From positions 239,825 through 303,824 of the forward strand of contig JAPLUW010000001.1 in NCBI GenBank assembly GCA_026397405.1: a stretch of 64,000 bases of DNA. The letters are read 5' to 3'. Source of the DNA: Candidatus Adlerbacteria bacterium. GTDB taxonomy: Bacteria > Patescibacteriota > Minisyncoccia > Phycocordibacterales > SBAW01. How positions within the stretch are numbered: position 1 is the stretch's first letter; the number at the start of each line of letters is the position of its first letter. The notes under the pieces are model-generated. The model did no database searches, had not been told where the DNA came from, and was given only the letters and a program-made list of their open reading frames with translations. Positions 38,490 to 47,413 of the stretch are shown here, one piece after another. The position numbers and the translations under genes were made by a program.

Positions 38490-40650
38490 ACTCTGGGTCA
38501 GCTCCTTTTATAGAGAGGTTGATGCGGCCTTTTTCGTCTATCTCTTTAATCATAACCCGTACTTTCTCTCCAACAGTTACGACACCTGCAATTTTCTCAA
38601 TTCTGAACGGCGCAATTTCAGACACGTGCACCAACCCTTCGGCATCTTTGCCGGGGCCAATACGCACGAATGCACCGAAGTCCATCAAACGAGTTACTTC
38701 ACCTTCGTATACTTCGCCCGGTTTATATTCTTTGACGAGCGCCTCGATCATGCCTTTTGCTTTTTCGGCGCTTCCGTTTTTGCCGGTGATAAAGATAGAG
38801 CCATCGTCTTCTATAGTAATATCTGAAACAGCAGTGACATCTTTAATGCCGTTGATAGTCTTTCCTCCCCCGCCAATGACCAAACCAATTTGGTCGGGGC
38901 GTACGTGCATCGTAATAATTTCCGGTGCGCGCGGGTTTATGTGTGCACGTGGTGCGGCAATTTCTTTTTCAATGACATCAAGGATATGCATGCGCGCTGC
39001 TTTTGCGCCGGCCAGTGCTTCAACCAAAATAGGTACCGGCACGCCGTCGAGTTTAATGTCCATCTGTATCGCAGTCACACCAGTGCGCGTACCTGCAACT
39101 TTAAAGTCCATGTCGCCGAACTCGTCTTCAGGACCTTGGATGTCGGTCAATACTTTGTAGCGTCCGTCGCCATTCATCGAAAGCATCAACCCCATGGCGA
39201 TACCTGCAACCGGTGCCTTCAGCGGCACGCCGCCGTCCATCAGTGCAAGAGTTGATGCACAGACTGAACCCATCGATGTCGAGCCGTTGCTTGCCAAACA
39301 TTCCGACACTAGGCGAATGGTGTAGGGAAATTCTGCAACAGACGGTATCACTGCTTCGAGCGCTTTTTCTGCAAGTGCACCGTGCCCTGTTGCGCGGCGG
39401 TTAATGCCGCCAACACGACCTGTCTCCCCTGCCGAGTACGGCGGGAAGTTGTAATGATGCATGAAACGTTTTTTAACGTCGTGCTCTTCCATCGAGTCAA
39501 TAACCTGTGAATCACCGGGCCCACCGAGTGTGAGTGCAGAAAAGACGTGTGTACCGCCACGGTAAAAAATACCCGAGCCGTGCAAGATGTCCGACACCCC
39601 ACCTGCTTTTGCAAACAGTGGGCGCACCTCTGTGAAACTGCGGTTGTCTGCACGCATGTCGCGTTCAACTGCGCCGTGGTGGATTTCTTCATCTACTTTG
39701 TCTTCCAAGAAACGTTTTGCTATGGCTAATGGAACCGAATATTCCTGAAGAAAAGTCTGGCCGTGCGAAGCAAGGGAGTCCGAGGACTTTTCGGAAGGAA
39801 CATTCGGTGTAGTGAGACGCTTCATCCATTCATGTTGTACTTCGTGGATAGCGTCTTTGCTTGGGACTCCACAGAAAACTGCATCACTTAATTTTTGTTT
39901 AAATTCTGTTTCAAAAAGTTCTGTGAGCGCTGCAGGAACTTCCGGTTTCGGTGCTTCGCGTTTTACTTTGCCGACTTCTGCAATTATTTTTTTCTGCCAT
40001 TCTAAAATTTTATCGTGCTCGGCTGTTGCGCGTACAAAGCCGGCAGCAACATCGTCTTCACTCGCCTGTTTGGCAGCAACTTCAATCATGTTTATTGTGC
40101 CGTCTTTACCGCACGCCAAAATGTCGAGCACTGTCTCTGCACGCTGTGCGTATGTTGGGTTTACTATAAAATCTCCCGTTGCATTTTTCCCAATGCGCAC
40201 CGCAGCAACTGGCCCACCCCATGGGATGTCCGATGTTGCCAATGCAAGTGACGCTGCGTTTACGGCAATAGAGGCAGGGTCCTCTTCATCAAGCGCAAGC
40301 ATAGTGATGATCACCTGCATCTCGTTCCGCATATGGTGCGAAAACAACGGGCGTATGGTGCGGTCAACAACGCGGCCTGTCAGTATTGCTTGCTCGCTTG
40401 GTCTGCCTTCGCGACGTACAAAACGGCTGCCGCCAATGGTGCCGGCTGCATAAAAACGTTCTTCGTATTCGACAGAGAGCGGAAAGTAGTCGATATCGTC
40501 ACGTGTGCGGTGCGACATCACAGCTGTAGCCAACAGTGCCGTGTTGCCGTAGCGGACAATAACCGACCCGTTTGCCTGCTCGGCTAGGTCGGTAAATTCG
40601 GCCGAAAGTACCTTCCCGCCTATGGTTGTTTCAAATTTTTTCGATTTCAT
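38395..40650 (-). CDS. pnp: polyribonucleotide nucleotidyltransferase (PNPase)
   Basis: Two RNase PH domains followed by KH and S1. Start chosen at MKSKKFETTIGG. Confidence 0.95.
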   Translation of the reverse strand: MKSKKFETTIGGKVLSAEFTDLAEQANGSVIVRYGNTALLATAVMSHRTRDDIDYFPLSVEYEERFYAAGTIGGSRFVRREGRPSEQAILTGRVVDRTIRPLFSHHMRNEMQVIITMLALDEEDPASIAVNAASLALATSDIPWGGPVAAVRIGKNATGDFIVNPTYAQRAETVLDILACGKDGTINMIEVAAKQASEDDVAAGFVRATAEHDKILEWQKKIIAEVGKVKREAPKPEVPAALTELFETEFKQKLSDAVFCGVPSKDAIHEVQHEWMKRLTTPNVPSEKSSDSLASHGQTFLQEYSVPLAIAKRFLEDKVDEEIHHGAVERDMRADNRSFTEVRPLFAKAGGVSDILHGSGIFYRGGTHVFSALTLGGPGDSQVIDSMEEHDVKKRFMHHYNFPPYSAGETGRVGGINRRATGHGALAEKALEAVIPSVAEFPYTIRLVSECLASNGSTSMGSVCASTLALMDGGVPLKAPVAGIAMGLMLSMNGDGRYKVLTDIQGPEDEFGDMDFKVAGTRTGVTAIQMDIKLDGVPVPILVEALAGAKAARMHILDVIEKEIAAPRAHINPRAPEIITMHVRPDQIGLVIGGGGKTINGIKDVTAVSDITIEDDGSIFITGKNGSAEKAKGMIEALVKEYKPGEVYEGEVTRLMDFGAFVRIGPGKDAEGLVHVSEIAPFRIEKIAGVVTVGEKVRVMIKEIDEKGRINLSIKGADPEFAARKGLAPSTQNNATRTTGPTLGGGGDRPR

Positions 40651-40689
40651 GCATACACTGTAAGCCAAAAACACCCTCCCGCCTATTAC

Positions 40690-40718
40690 TTGACAAATAT
40701 GCCGATATGCGGTATAAT
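40690..40718 (+). promoter_or_regulatory. Consensus sigma70-type promoter TTGACA-N17-TATAAT
   Basis: TTGACA at 40690-40695 and TATAAT at 40713-40718 with exactly 17 nt between them. It lies 60 nt upstream of a TTG-start ORF with an AAGGGGA Shine-Dalgarno. Confidence 0.6.
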
Positions 40719-40777
40719 AGAGGGTAGGAGTCAGCTTAGGGGAATTAGCCCCAAAAGCCTTTGAAAAGGGGAAAAAG

Positions 40778-41272
40778 TTGAAGATTAAGCGCCTACCGCT
40801 CTATAAGTACGAGCTAACCAAGCTCGTACTTTACTGGTCTCTCCTGCCGCTGTCCTTCTGGGCATTCAGCATGATGGTCCAGTACTGCCCCCAAGCTGTG
40901 CTGGCGGTGACGAGCGTCGTCAAGCCGGTCTTGGCTTGGCTGAGCCACTACTTCTTGGACTTGCTTTGGAACCTCACCGTTCCCGAGCCTGTCCGACAGC
41001 AGGTGAACCAGCTAGGTGGGTTCCTGGCTCCGCTGGCCAAGCCCCTCGCTAAGGGCATTGCCTGGGGCAGCCAGAAAGTGGCGGAGGTAATGGATGACCG
41101 AGCTAAGGCTGCTCTAAGCCTTGCGTTCGGCGGGTTCATCCTGATCTCGCTGCTCCCCAGGCTGCTGCGCTTGGCAGTAATGCCCTGGGTCTATGCCAGG
41201 CTGGTGAAGGACATTCTCTCCAACACCAGCCAAGAAGAGCTCCTCGCGGAGCTCGAACGCAGGAAGAGCTAA
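40778..41272 (+). CDS. GC-rich small membrane protein, unknown function (TTG start)
   Basis: 164 aa with 3 predicted TM. Codon third positions are visibly GC-rich compared with neighbours. It has its own promoter and terminator. Confidence 0.5.
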   Translation: MKIKRLPLYKYELTKLVLYWSLLPLSFWAFSMMVQYCPQAVLAVTSVVKPVLAWLSHYFLDLLWNLTVPEPVRQQVNQLGGFLAPLAKPLAKGIAWGSQKVAEVMDDRAKAALSLAFGGFILISLLPRLLRLAVMPWVYARLVKDILSNTSQEELLAELERRKS

Positions 41273-41301
41273 CCCCTCTCCTCCGTTCACAACATCGCGA
41301 C

Positions 41302-41337
41302 CGCCGTCCCTTAAACAAGGACGGCGTTTCTATTTCT
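41302..41337 (+). terminator. rho-independent terminator
   Basis: CGCCGTCC-CTTAAACAA-GGACGGCG followed by TTTCTATTTCT. Confidence 0.6.
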
Positions 41338-41347
41338 ACTAATTTCC

Positions 41348-41376
41348 ATTGACGCACATCTATTTCAAATATATGG
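41348..41376 (+). promoter_or_regulatory. promoter-like element TTGACG-N17-TATGGT
   Basis: Good -35 and a weaker -10 upstream of a GTG-start mini-ORF that carries the same leader module. Confidence 0.4.
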
Positions 41377-41433
41377 TTATGGTGAAATTGTTACCCAAGG
41401 GATTTTCCGAGGGTGGTTGAAAAGGGAGGAAAA

Positions 41434-41571
41434 AGTGAAGTTTATTCTCTCGTGGGTTAAGAGCCTCTGGTCCCGTTACCAGATTTTTAGACTCCAAAGA
41501 GAAGCTTCTGGGTTCGGCTCGGCTGCCGAGCCTTGGGCAGATCCGCCGCCTCAAATTCTGAGGCCTGAATA
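41434..41571 (+). CDS. 45-aa peptide ORF (GTG start) with an amphipathic N-terminus and a Pro-rich C-terminus
   Basis: VKFILSWVKSLWSRYQIFRLQREASGFGSAAEPWADPPPQILRPE. It is preceded by the AGGGAGG Shine-Dalgarno and followed by a strong terminator. Confidence 0.35.
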
Positions 41572-41596
41572 GACTTTGCCCCCCCCCAATAGCAAA

Positions 41597-41634
41597 ACCG
41601 CCGACCTTTCGGGGCCGGCGGTTTTTTCTTTTTG
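41597..41634. terminator. strong rho-independent terminator (convergent with the NYN gene 3' end)
   Basis: AACCGCCGACC-TTTC-GGGGCCGGCGGTT followed by TTTTTTCTTTTT. Confidence 0.7.
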
Positions 41635-41637
41635 TAA

Positions 41638-42285
41638 TTAGATATTTTCTGAATCGCTGTCGTCGTAGACTTCTTGGCCGACATCGACTCCTTCGTCTTC
41701 GATGGGAGTGGGGCCTGGTTTTGCTCCGCCGCCAAAGCCAGGGATTGAAAATCCGCGGCCTGCTCCCCCGCCACCTTTGTAGTTAATAAGGTAGTTGCGT
41801 GGGTTGTCGCACATGTCTATAAAGTCGTCGGTCACTTCGCGCAGTTGGCTCGACGACGACTTACCAAAGGAAATAACTTCCACTTGGCAGCCGCGTGCGT
41901 AGCGCAAATATTCAACAAGCGGGACAAAGTCGCCGTCGCCGGTACCAAGGACTATGGTGTCGAGCTTTTCGGCCATTGCAATGGCGTCAATTGCCATGCC
42001 CATGTCCCAGTCGGCTTTTTTAGCGCCGCCGGCAAAGATTTTAATATCCTTTACTTTTGTCTCGATGCCGAGCTTGTTTAATGCATCAAAAAAGCTCTTT
42101 TCTTCTTCGCTTTCGGTGCGGATAACATATGCCACTGCGCGTACAAGTACGCGGCCTGCAAGAGCTTCCTTAACGACGTTACCGAAGTTAACTTTAGCTT
42201 TGTAAAGGTTTTTTGCGCTGTGGTAGAGGTTTTGCGTGTCTATAAAAATGCCGACGCGCTGGCTTTTGTGTTTAATGATTGCCAT
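41638..42285 (-). CDS. NYN/LabA-like PIN-fold domain protein with a Gly-rich acidic tail
   Basis: RVGIFIDTQNLYHSA and GDGDFVPLVEYLR match the NYN domain. Confidence 0.8.
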   Translation of the reverse strand: MAIIKHKSQRVGIFIDTQNLYHSAKNLYKAKVNFGNVVKEALAGRVLVRAVAYVIRTESEEEKSFFDALNKLGIETKVKDIKIFAGGAKKADWDMGMAIDAIAMAEKLDTIVLGTGDGDFVPLVEYLRYARGCQVEVISFGKSSSSQLREVTDDFIDMCDNPRNYLINYKGGGGAGRGFSIPGFGGGAKPGPTPIEDEGVDVGQEVYDDSDSENI

Positions 42286-42413
42286 ATAAATATGAACTGC
42301 TTAAAAAATGAACGGTTATTAAAATACGAACTGACTAAATAAAAGGCCTTACTCTATTGTATACGAACAAAAAAGAAGCACTGGTGCCCTACTGCGTAAA
42401 AAAATGAAGAAGA

Positions 42414-42680
42414 TTATTTCTTCAAACCCAACTTTTTAACAATAGCGGTGTGGCGCTTTTTGTCACTGTTTTCCAAATACTTCAAATGTGTGCGGCGGTC
42501 TGCAACCATCTGCAAAAGGCCACGGCGTGAGTGCTTGTCCTTCAAGTGTTTTTTCAAATGGTTGGCGAGTTCTTCAATGCGTTCGCTCAACACGGCAATT
42601 TGCACCTCGGCAGAGCCGGTGTCGGTGGCATGGATGCCTGTTTCTTTGATTATTTTGGCCTTTTTCTTCGTAGTCAGCAT
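42414..42680 (-). CDS. rpsO: 30S ribosomal protein S15
   Basis: 88 aa; HSRRGLLQMV and a C-terminal LGLKK. Start chosen at the internal Met. Confidence 0.9.
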   Translation of the reverse strand: MLTTKKKAKIIKETGIHATDTGSAEVQIAVLSERIEELANHLKKHLKDKHSRRGLLQMVADRRTHLKYLENSDKKRHTAIVKKLGLKK

Positions 42681-42733
42681 GGCCCATATGGTAGCACAGG
42701 CTCGTGTTTTTTGCAAGAGGGTCTATATAAAGT

Positions 42734-42785
42734 AGAAAACCCGGCAGCTTCCCTTCCCTGGTTGAATAGGGAGAGGAAAGCTACC
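42734..42785. other. long imperfect hairpin upstream of rpsO and downstream of the GC-rich minus-strand ORF
   Basis: CCCGGCAGCTTCCCTTCCC-loop-GGGAGAGGAAAGCTACCGGG. Confidence 0.4.
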
Positions 42786-42815
42786 GGGTCGCCTGCGCTA
42801 ACCACAGACAGGCTG

Positions 42816-43226
42816 CTAGAACCGTACGACGAAAGTGAGGGGTGGATTGCGCCGACGCCGCCACCATCGCCGCCACCCGATCCTTCCTGGAGGAGGGTGA
42901 GAGCCCACTATTTCCGCGTCCTCTCTGTTCAGAAAGGGTCGCAGCACCCAGCTCCAAATCACTTTGTAGGCCACGAAGATCGTGGCAGTGATCGCGGAAC
43001 CGGCGATGGCGGATGTTGCCAGCTCATTGGACCCCATCCAGAGAGGGAGTCCGAGCGTCCTCATGTAGATGTACATAAGCACGTTAACGACAGCCAAGAG
43101 GGCTGTCCAATGGAGTAATTTTCGCACGAGAGGGTACTCCTTATTGGCTTGGCAGCAACGCTTAATGCGCGCCATTTGAGGTGAACAAGCCGGTATAAAT
43201 CTATACATCTTTTGTATTTTTGTCAA
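42816..43226 (-). CDS. GC-rich small membrane protein (hypothetical)
   Basis: Two TM helices and an Arg/Trp-rich C-terminus. Codon usage is atypical. Confidence 0.4.
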   Translation of the reverse strand: MTKIQKMYRFIPACSPQMARIKRCCQANKEYPLVRKLLHWTALLAVVNVLMYIYMRTLGLPLWMGSNELATSAIAGSAITATIFVAYKVIWSWVLRPFLNREDAEIVGSHPPPGRIGWRRWWRRRRNPPLTFVVRF

Positions 43227-43259
43227 GTACGTCTAAGCCCCATAATATAAAGGTACAAT

Positions 43260-44174
43260 GTGTTTATGGCAGCAGACTTAAAAGACCTCAAAACTCAGTT
43301 TTTAGAATATTTGGAAATTGAAAAAGGCCGCTCTATTAAAACGGTCGAAAACTACGACCGCTACCTTTCGCGTTTTTTGGCATATAGCAAAATTACCTCC
43401 CCTGCCAATTTGACCGAAAGCGCCGTGCGCGAGTTCCGCTTGCACTTAAACCGCCAGGCAGGTACTGCGGGTACGATGAAGCACAAAACACAGAACTACT
43501 ACATGATCTCGCTACGGGCGTTTTTAAAGTTTTTGCGCAAACGCGACATAGAGTCGTTAAATCCAGAACGGATTGAACTTGCCAAAGTGGGTGCGCGCGA
43601 CTTGGATCTTATTACCTCCGCCGAACTAGAGCGGTTAATGGCGGGACCCAAAGGTTCGGGGCTTTCAGAATTACGCGACCGGGCAATTTTAGAATTATTT
43701 TTCTCCACCGGGCTGCGCGTGTCGGAACTGTGTTCGCTTAACCGCGACTTGGACTTAACGCGCGACGAATTTTCTATCCGCGGCAAAGGCGAAAAAATTC
43801 GCGTTGTCTTTCTCTCCCCTGCTGCCAAACGCGTTATAAAGGAATATCTAGACAAACGCGGCGATGTAGACGAGGCGTTGTTTATACAAATGGGTAAAGG
43901 TTCAAAAAATGCTAAAGAGCTGCGGCTCACTCCCCGCTCGGTCGAGAGGTTGGTTAAAAAGTACGCTATTAAAGCGGGTATTACGCGCAAAGTAACGCCG
44001 CACGTTATCCGCCACTCCTTTGCGACCGACCTTTTACAAAACGGCGCCGACCTGCGCAGTGTGCAGGCTTTGCTTGGGCACGCAAACATCGCAACCACGC
44101 AGGTCTACACCCACGTCACCGATAAACACCTGCACGAAGTCCACAAAAAATTCCACGGAACGGGCAGGAAATAA
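43260..44174 (+). CDS. tyrosine recombinase XerC/XerD family
   Basis: RHSFAT and LLGH...TTQVYTHV with the catalytic Tyr. The N-terminal core-binding domain and host-like composition fit a chromosomal Xer. Confidence 0.85.
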   Translation: MFMAADLKDLKTQFLEYLEIEKGRSIKTVENYDRYLSRFLAYSKITSPANLTESAVREFRLHLNRQAGTAGTMKHKTQNYYMISLRAFLKFLRKRDIESLNPERIELAKVGARDLDLITSAELERLMAGPKGSGLSELRDRAILELFFSTGLRVSELCSLNRDLDLTRDEFSIRGKGEKIRVVFLSPAAKRVIKEYLDKRGDVDEALFIQMGKGSKNAKELRLTPRSVERLVKKYAIKAGITRKVTPHVIRHSFATDLLQNGADLRSVQALLGHANIATTQVYTHVTDKHLHEVHKKFHGTGRK

Positions 44175-44179
44175 ACCTT

Positions 44180-44862
44180 TTATTTTTTACTGCCAAAAAT
44201 TGCAACAAAAAGCCGTGTATTTGGGTCGCGGGATATTTTCCCTAAGGTTTCTATTTTCTCAACTTCCAAACCTGCGTGTTGCAATGCTTCCACCATTTCT
44301 TTCTGTGAATGTTGATACATGGTGTTTCGAGAAAGAGGATTAACTGGAATTTTTACTTTTCCGATAAGCAGCTTTCCTACCCTTTCAGTATCTGAGTACA
44401 TACTTTCCCATGCATCGTAGGCTTCTGGATTTGTGGTAATAATAAGAAATTTTCCGTCCGATTTAAGCACTCTATATAGTTCTTGAGAAGCGATACCCAA
44501 ATTTCTAAGTGGAACCATACAGTTATCGAAAAACAGCCGGCCATCGAATTACTCTCAATTGGCAGTTGATAAGCATTCCCTGTTAAGAATTTCCTATCAG
44601 AACGTGAGTAACGTTCTATTGCACGTTCAGTAAGCACCACTGAAGGTTCTATTCCAACGTAGTTTGTGTCTTTCTGATATGAAATTTGTTCTGACGCTAC
44701 TCCTTGTCCGGAGCCAATATCAAGAATTGTTCCGTTTATTCCTTCGCTCCATCTTTTTAGTAGTGGATAAATTTCATTATCGCGGATAAGTCCTTTCTCT
44801 CCTTCTACACTTCTAATCCATTCTCGGGCTACCTTTTCATCTTCAAAGGGATTCTCTTCCAT
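44180..44862 (-). pseudogene. class I SAM-dependent methyltransferase disrupted by a frameshift (two overlapping ORFs)
   Basis: ORF 44377..44862 carries motif I ILDIGSGQG and ends in out-of-frame junk. ORF 44180..44518 carries the C-terminal half. The region is AT-rich. Confidence 0.5.
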
Positions 44863-44942
44863 GCGTGAAGTTTACATTATTTAAAAAATTCTTCGACATG
44901 CTCTGGAACATGGCGGAATAACCCAGCAGGCGATTCTGCTGA

Positions 44943-44974
44943 ATTGAAAAGAAAAACGCTCCAGTTACGGAGCG
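44943..44974 (-). terminator. rho-independent terminator of the 191-aa gene
   Basis: CGCTCC-AGTTAC-GGAGCG followed on the minus strand by a TTTTTCTTTT run. Confidence 0.55.
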
Positions 44975-44983
44975 CTTCGGTTT

Positions 44984-45559
44984 CTATTGCCAGACCCCTT
45001 CGGGCGAGGGCAGGTTTACTGCTTCGGCAAGTGCGAGCAGCGCGGCGTTGAACCTACTCTTCCATTCGTTATGCTCGTCTTTGTATCCGTTTCTTCTGTT
45101 GAACGGCAAGGAGAGCGCTGTGGTTCCGCCACCACCGAGAAGTTTTACTAACTCGTTGTTTTTGTGGTCGGCGTAGACCGGCAGAGAAATACCTTCGTTT
45201 GGGTACTCTGTCCGTACAGCCAGCAGTGAATCCCTTTCGCTGTCTATTCCGTGCGTATAGGTGTAGACGATGCCGTCGGCCACCAGACGAATGTCGAAAC
45301 GAAGTAGCTCATGCTTTTTCCGGCGGTCGTTCCACGGGGCCACCTTCCAGACGCCGAGAACTATCCCACTCTTTTGTTTAATTTCGTGCAGTGTCGCCTT
45401 CTCGAAGAGTTCCTGTACCCACGCTGTGGGCAGCGCATCTACCTGGGGTGCCTGGTCAACGAACACAGGTGTGTTTGTCGGAACAAAGTACGTTATAGAA
45501 AGGAATGCTCCAACCAGGGTGGCAATTCCCACAGCAAGACGTTTTCCGTAACGTGACAT
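44984..45559 (-). CDS. GC-rich membrane-anchored hypothetical protein
   Basis: N-terminal TM (LAVGIATLVGAFLSITYFV) with no recognised domain. Confidence 0.45.
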   Translation of the reverse strand: MSRYGKRLAVGIATLVGAFLSITYFVPTNTPVFVDQAPQVDALPTAWVQELFEKATLHEIKQKSGIVLGVWKVAPWNDRRKKHELLRFDIRLVADGIVYTYTHGIDSERDSLLAVRTEYPNEGISLPVYADHKNNELVKLLGGGGTTALSLPFNRRNGYKDEHNEWKSRFNAALLALAEAVNLPSPEGVWQ

Positions 45560-45692
45560 CGATACCTCCTGGGTCTATCCGCTCTTTTTATACTTGGTTT
45601 TGTACATCTCCACAAGGAAGATATTGCCCAGGGTGTCTACATTGACTTGTGGGCAGTAAAAAATTAGTGTTACGCGCAGAAGTCCACCAACA

Positions 45693-46445
45693 TTGGGGAG
45701 TCCCATGCAAAAAGTTTGTCTAGTAACGGGCGGTTCGCGGGGTATTGGCGCAGCGACTGCGCTACTCTTGGCAGGCAAGGGCTACAATATCTGCGTCAAT
45801 TATCGAACCAACAAAACAAAGGCGCAGGTCCTTGTTGAGAAGATTAGAAATAAGGGGGTAAAAGCCATTGCGGCGAAGGCGGATGTTTCCGACCCACGCC
45901 AGGTCGATAGACTTTTCCGTACCATAGACGATAATCTCGGCAGGCTAACGGCTTTGGTCAATAACGCGGGGGTTGCAGGGAGCCGCAAAAAATTTCTCGA
46001 GGTTTCCGACGCTGACTTTGATGCGGTGCTGGACGTGAATTTTAAAGGTACTGTCCACTGCACGCGACATGCATTGCAGAGAATGGCTCTGTCTCGCGGA
46101 GGTTCGGGCGGGGCTATCGTCAACATATCATCTACGGTAACGACGACGGGTGGCATCGATCTCGTTGCCTACGTTGCGAGCAAGGGGGCAGTAGAGGCCT
46201 TCAGCTTGGCTGTTGCAAAAGATTATGCCAAGGAAGGAGTTCGCATAAACGTGGTGCGACCGAGCATCGTTGCAACTGAACAGCAGCCCCTCGAAGACCT
46301 GGCTTGGTTGGAGAGAACAAAGGCTTCCATTCCTGTGCGCCGATTAGGAGAACCTGAAGATATTGCGAAGGTTATAGCGATGCTTCTCTCCGACGAAGCC
46401 GCGTTCATGGTTGGTTCGGTTGTCGATGTAACAGGCGGCCGATAA
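45693..46445 (+). CDS. short-chain dehydrogenase/reductase (SDR), 3-oxoacyl-ACP reductase-like
   Basis: TGGSRGIG, NNAG and YVASKGAV are present. Fairly GC-rich. Confidence 0.85.
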   Translation: MGSPMQKVCLVTGGSRGIGAATALLLAGKGYNICVNYRTNKTKAQVLVEKIRNKGVKAIAAKADVSDPRQVDRLFRTIDDNLGRLTALVNNAGVAGSRKKFLEVSDADFDAVLDVNFKGTVHCTRHALQRMALSRGGSGGAIVNISSTVTTTGGIDLVAYVASKGAVEAFSLAVAKDYAKEGVRINVVRPSIVATEQQPLEDLAWLERTKASIPVRRLGEPEDIAKVIAMLLSDEAAFMVGSVVDVTGGR

Positions 46446-46455
46446 CTACTCTACG

Positions 46456-46489
46456 CAGCCACCTCACACGGGTGGCTGTTTTTCTTTTC
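46456..46489 (+). terminator. rho-independent terminator after the SDR gene
   Basis: CAGCCACC-TCACACG-GGTGGCTG followed by TTTTTCTTTT. Confidence 0.7.
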
Positions 46490-46512
46490 ATTCAGCAGAA
46501 TCGCCTACGGGG

Positions 46513-47025
46513 TTAAAATTCTACTTCTGTATATTCAAACTTCTCAACCGCAAAAGGTTTTTCGATGCCGCTAAAGTAACACGTGCCCTCTATTGTTTTG
46601 CCTTGCTGCAACACCAGCGGCACCCAGTGCGTGTCCGATGGCCACATGTCGTCTATGGGTAAATTTTTTAATTCATGCCACGCCGGCAGCGACATCTCGC
46701 GTGTTTCAATAGGCTCGCCAGAGAATTTGTTTGCAATAAATACGTGCACGTCGTGGTCGTACGCTGGAACATCTTTAAAACGGAAGAGTACATGTGCGAC
46801 TTTTTTCAAATCTTCCTGCCGTACGTCTAAACCGCATTCTTCTTTTGCTTCGCGACACGCACTTGCTTCAACGGTTTCCCCTTCTTCTACTCCTCCGCCA
46901 AACCCGTTCCAATATCCCGCTCCAAATGTTTTGCCGGGCCGTTCCTTCTTTTTTCCAAGCAACACTTTACTTCCTTTGTGGATATATAAGAGATTCACGA
47001 GCCTCATATATAAAGTGTACTCCAA
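46513..47025 (-). CDS. NUDIX hydrolase
   Basis: Nudix box GGGVEEGETVEASACREAKEECGL. Confidence 0.8.
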   Translation of the reverse strand: MEYTLYMRLVNLLYIHKGSKVLLGKKKERPGKTFGAGYWNGFGGGVEEGETVEASACREAKEECGLDVRQEDLKKVAHVLFRFKDVPAYDHDVHVFIANKFSGEPIETREMSLPAWHELKNLPIDDMWPSDTHWVPLVLQQGKTIEGTCYFSGIEKPFAVEKFEYTEVEF

Positions 47026-47048
47026 AAAGAAAAGCCCCTTCCTTTCAG

Positions 47049-47384
47049 TTAGGGCTTCTGCTGCGCGGCGAACCAGGTGTCGAGCACGGTCTGGGCCTGT
47101 TCCAGAGTGTCGTAGTAGCCGGTGGGGCTACCATCGACGACTGCACTTTCGTGCAAGGTGCCGTCCGAGTGGAGATACTGGGACTTCCCCCGCTCGGGTT
47201 TTTCAGGCGCCGCTACTAAGCGGTGGATGAAAAACTTGTCGAAGTATGGGGAATCCCTCCCCGTCCCTTGTGTACCGACCCTGAAAGGGCTTGGAAGTTT
47301 TGATTTCGTCTCGAGCATACTTCCCTCCCGTGAAGACCAAATTGGTATCAAGGGCAATTCTAGACGTCGCGGTCTATTTGTCAA
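47049..47384 (-). CDS. GC-rich hypothetical protein
   Basis: 111 aa with no recognised domain. It overlaps the ORF-track extension of xth only. Confidence 0.35.
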   Translation of the reverse strand: MTNRPRRLELPLIPIWSSREGSMLETKSKLPSPFRVGTQGTGRDSPYFDKFFIHRLVAAPEKPERGKSQYLHSDGTLHESAVVDGSPTGYYDTLEQAQTVLDTWFAAQQKP

Positions 47385-47413
47385 AGCATGTGCTCACGGC
47401 ATACTATTGGGAC

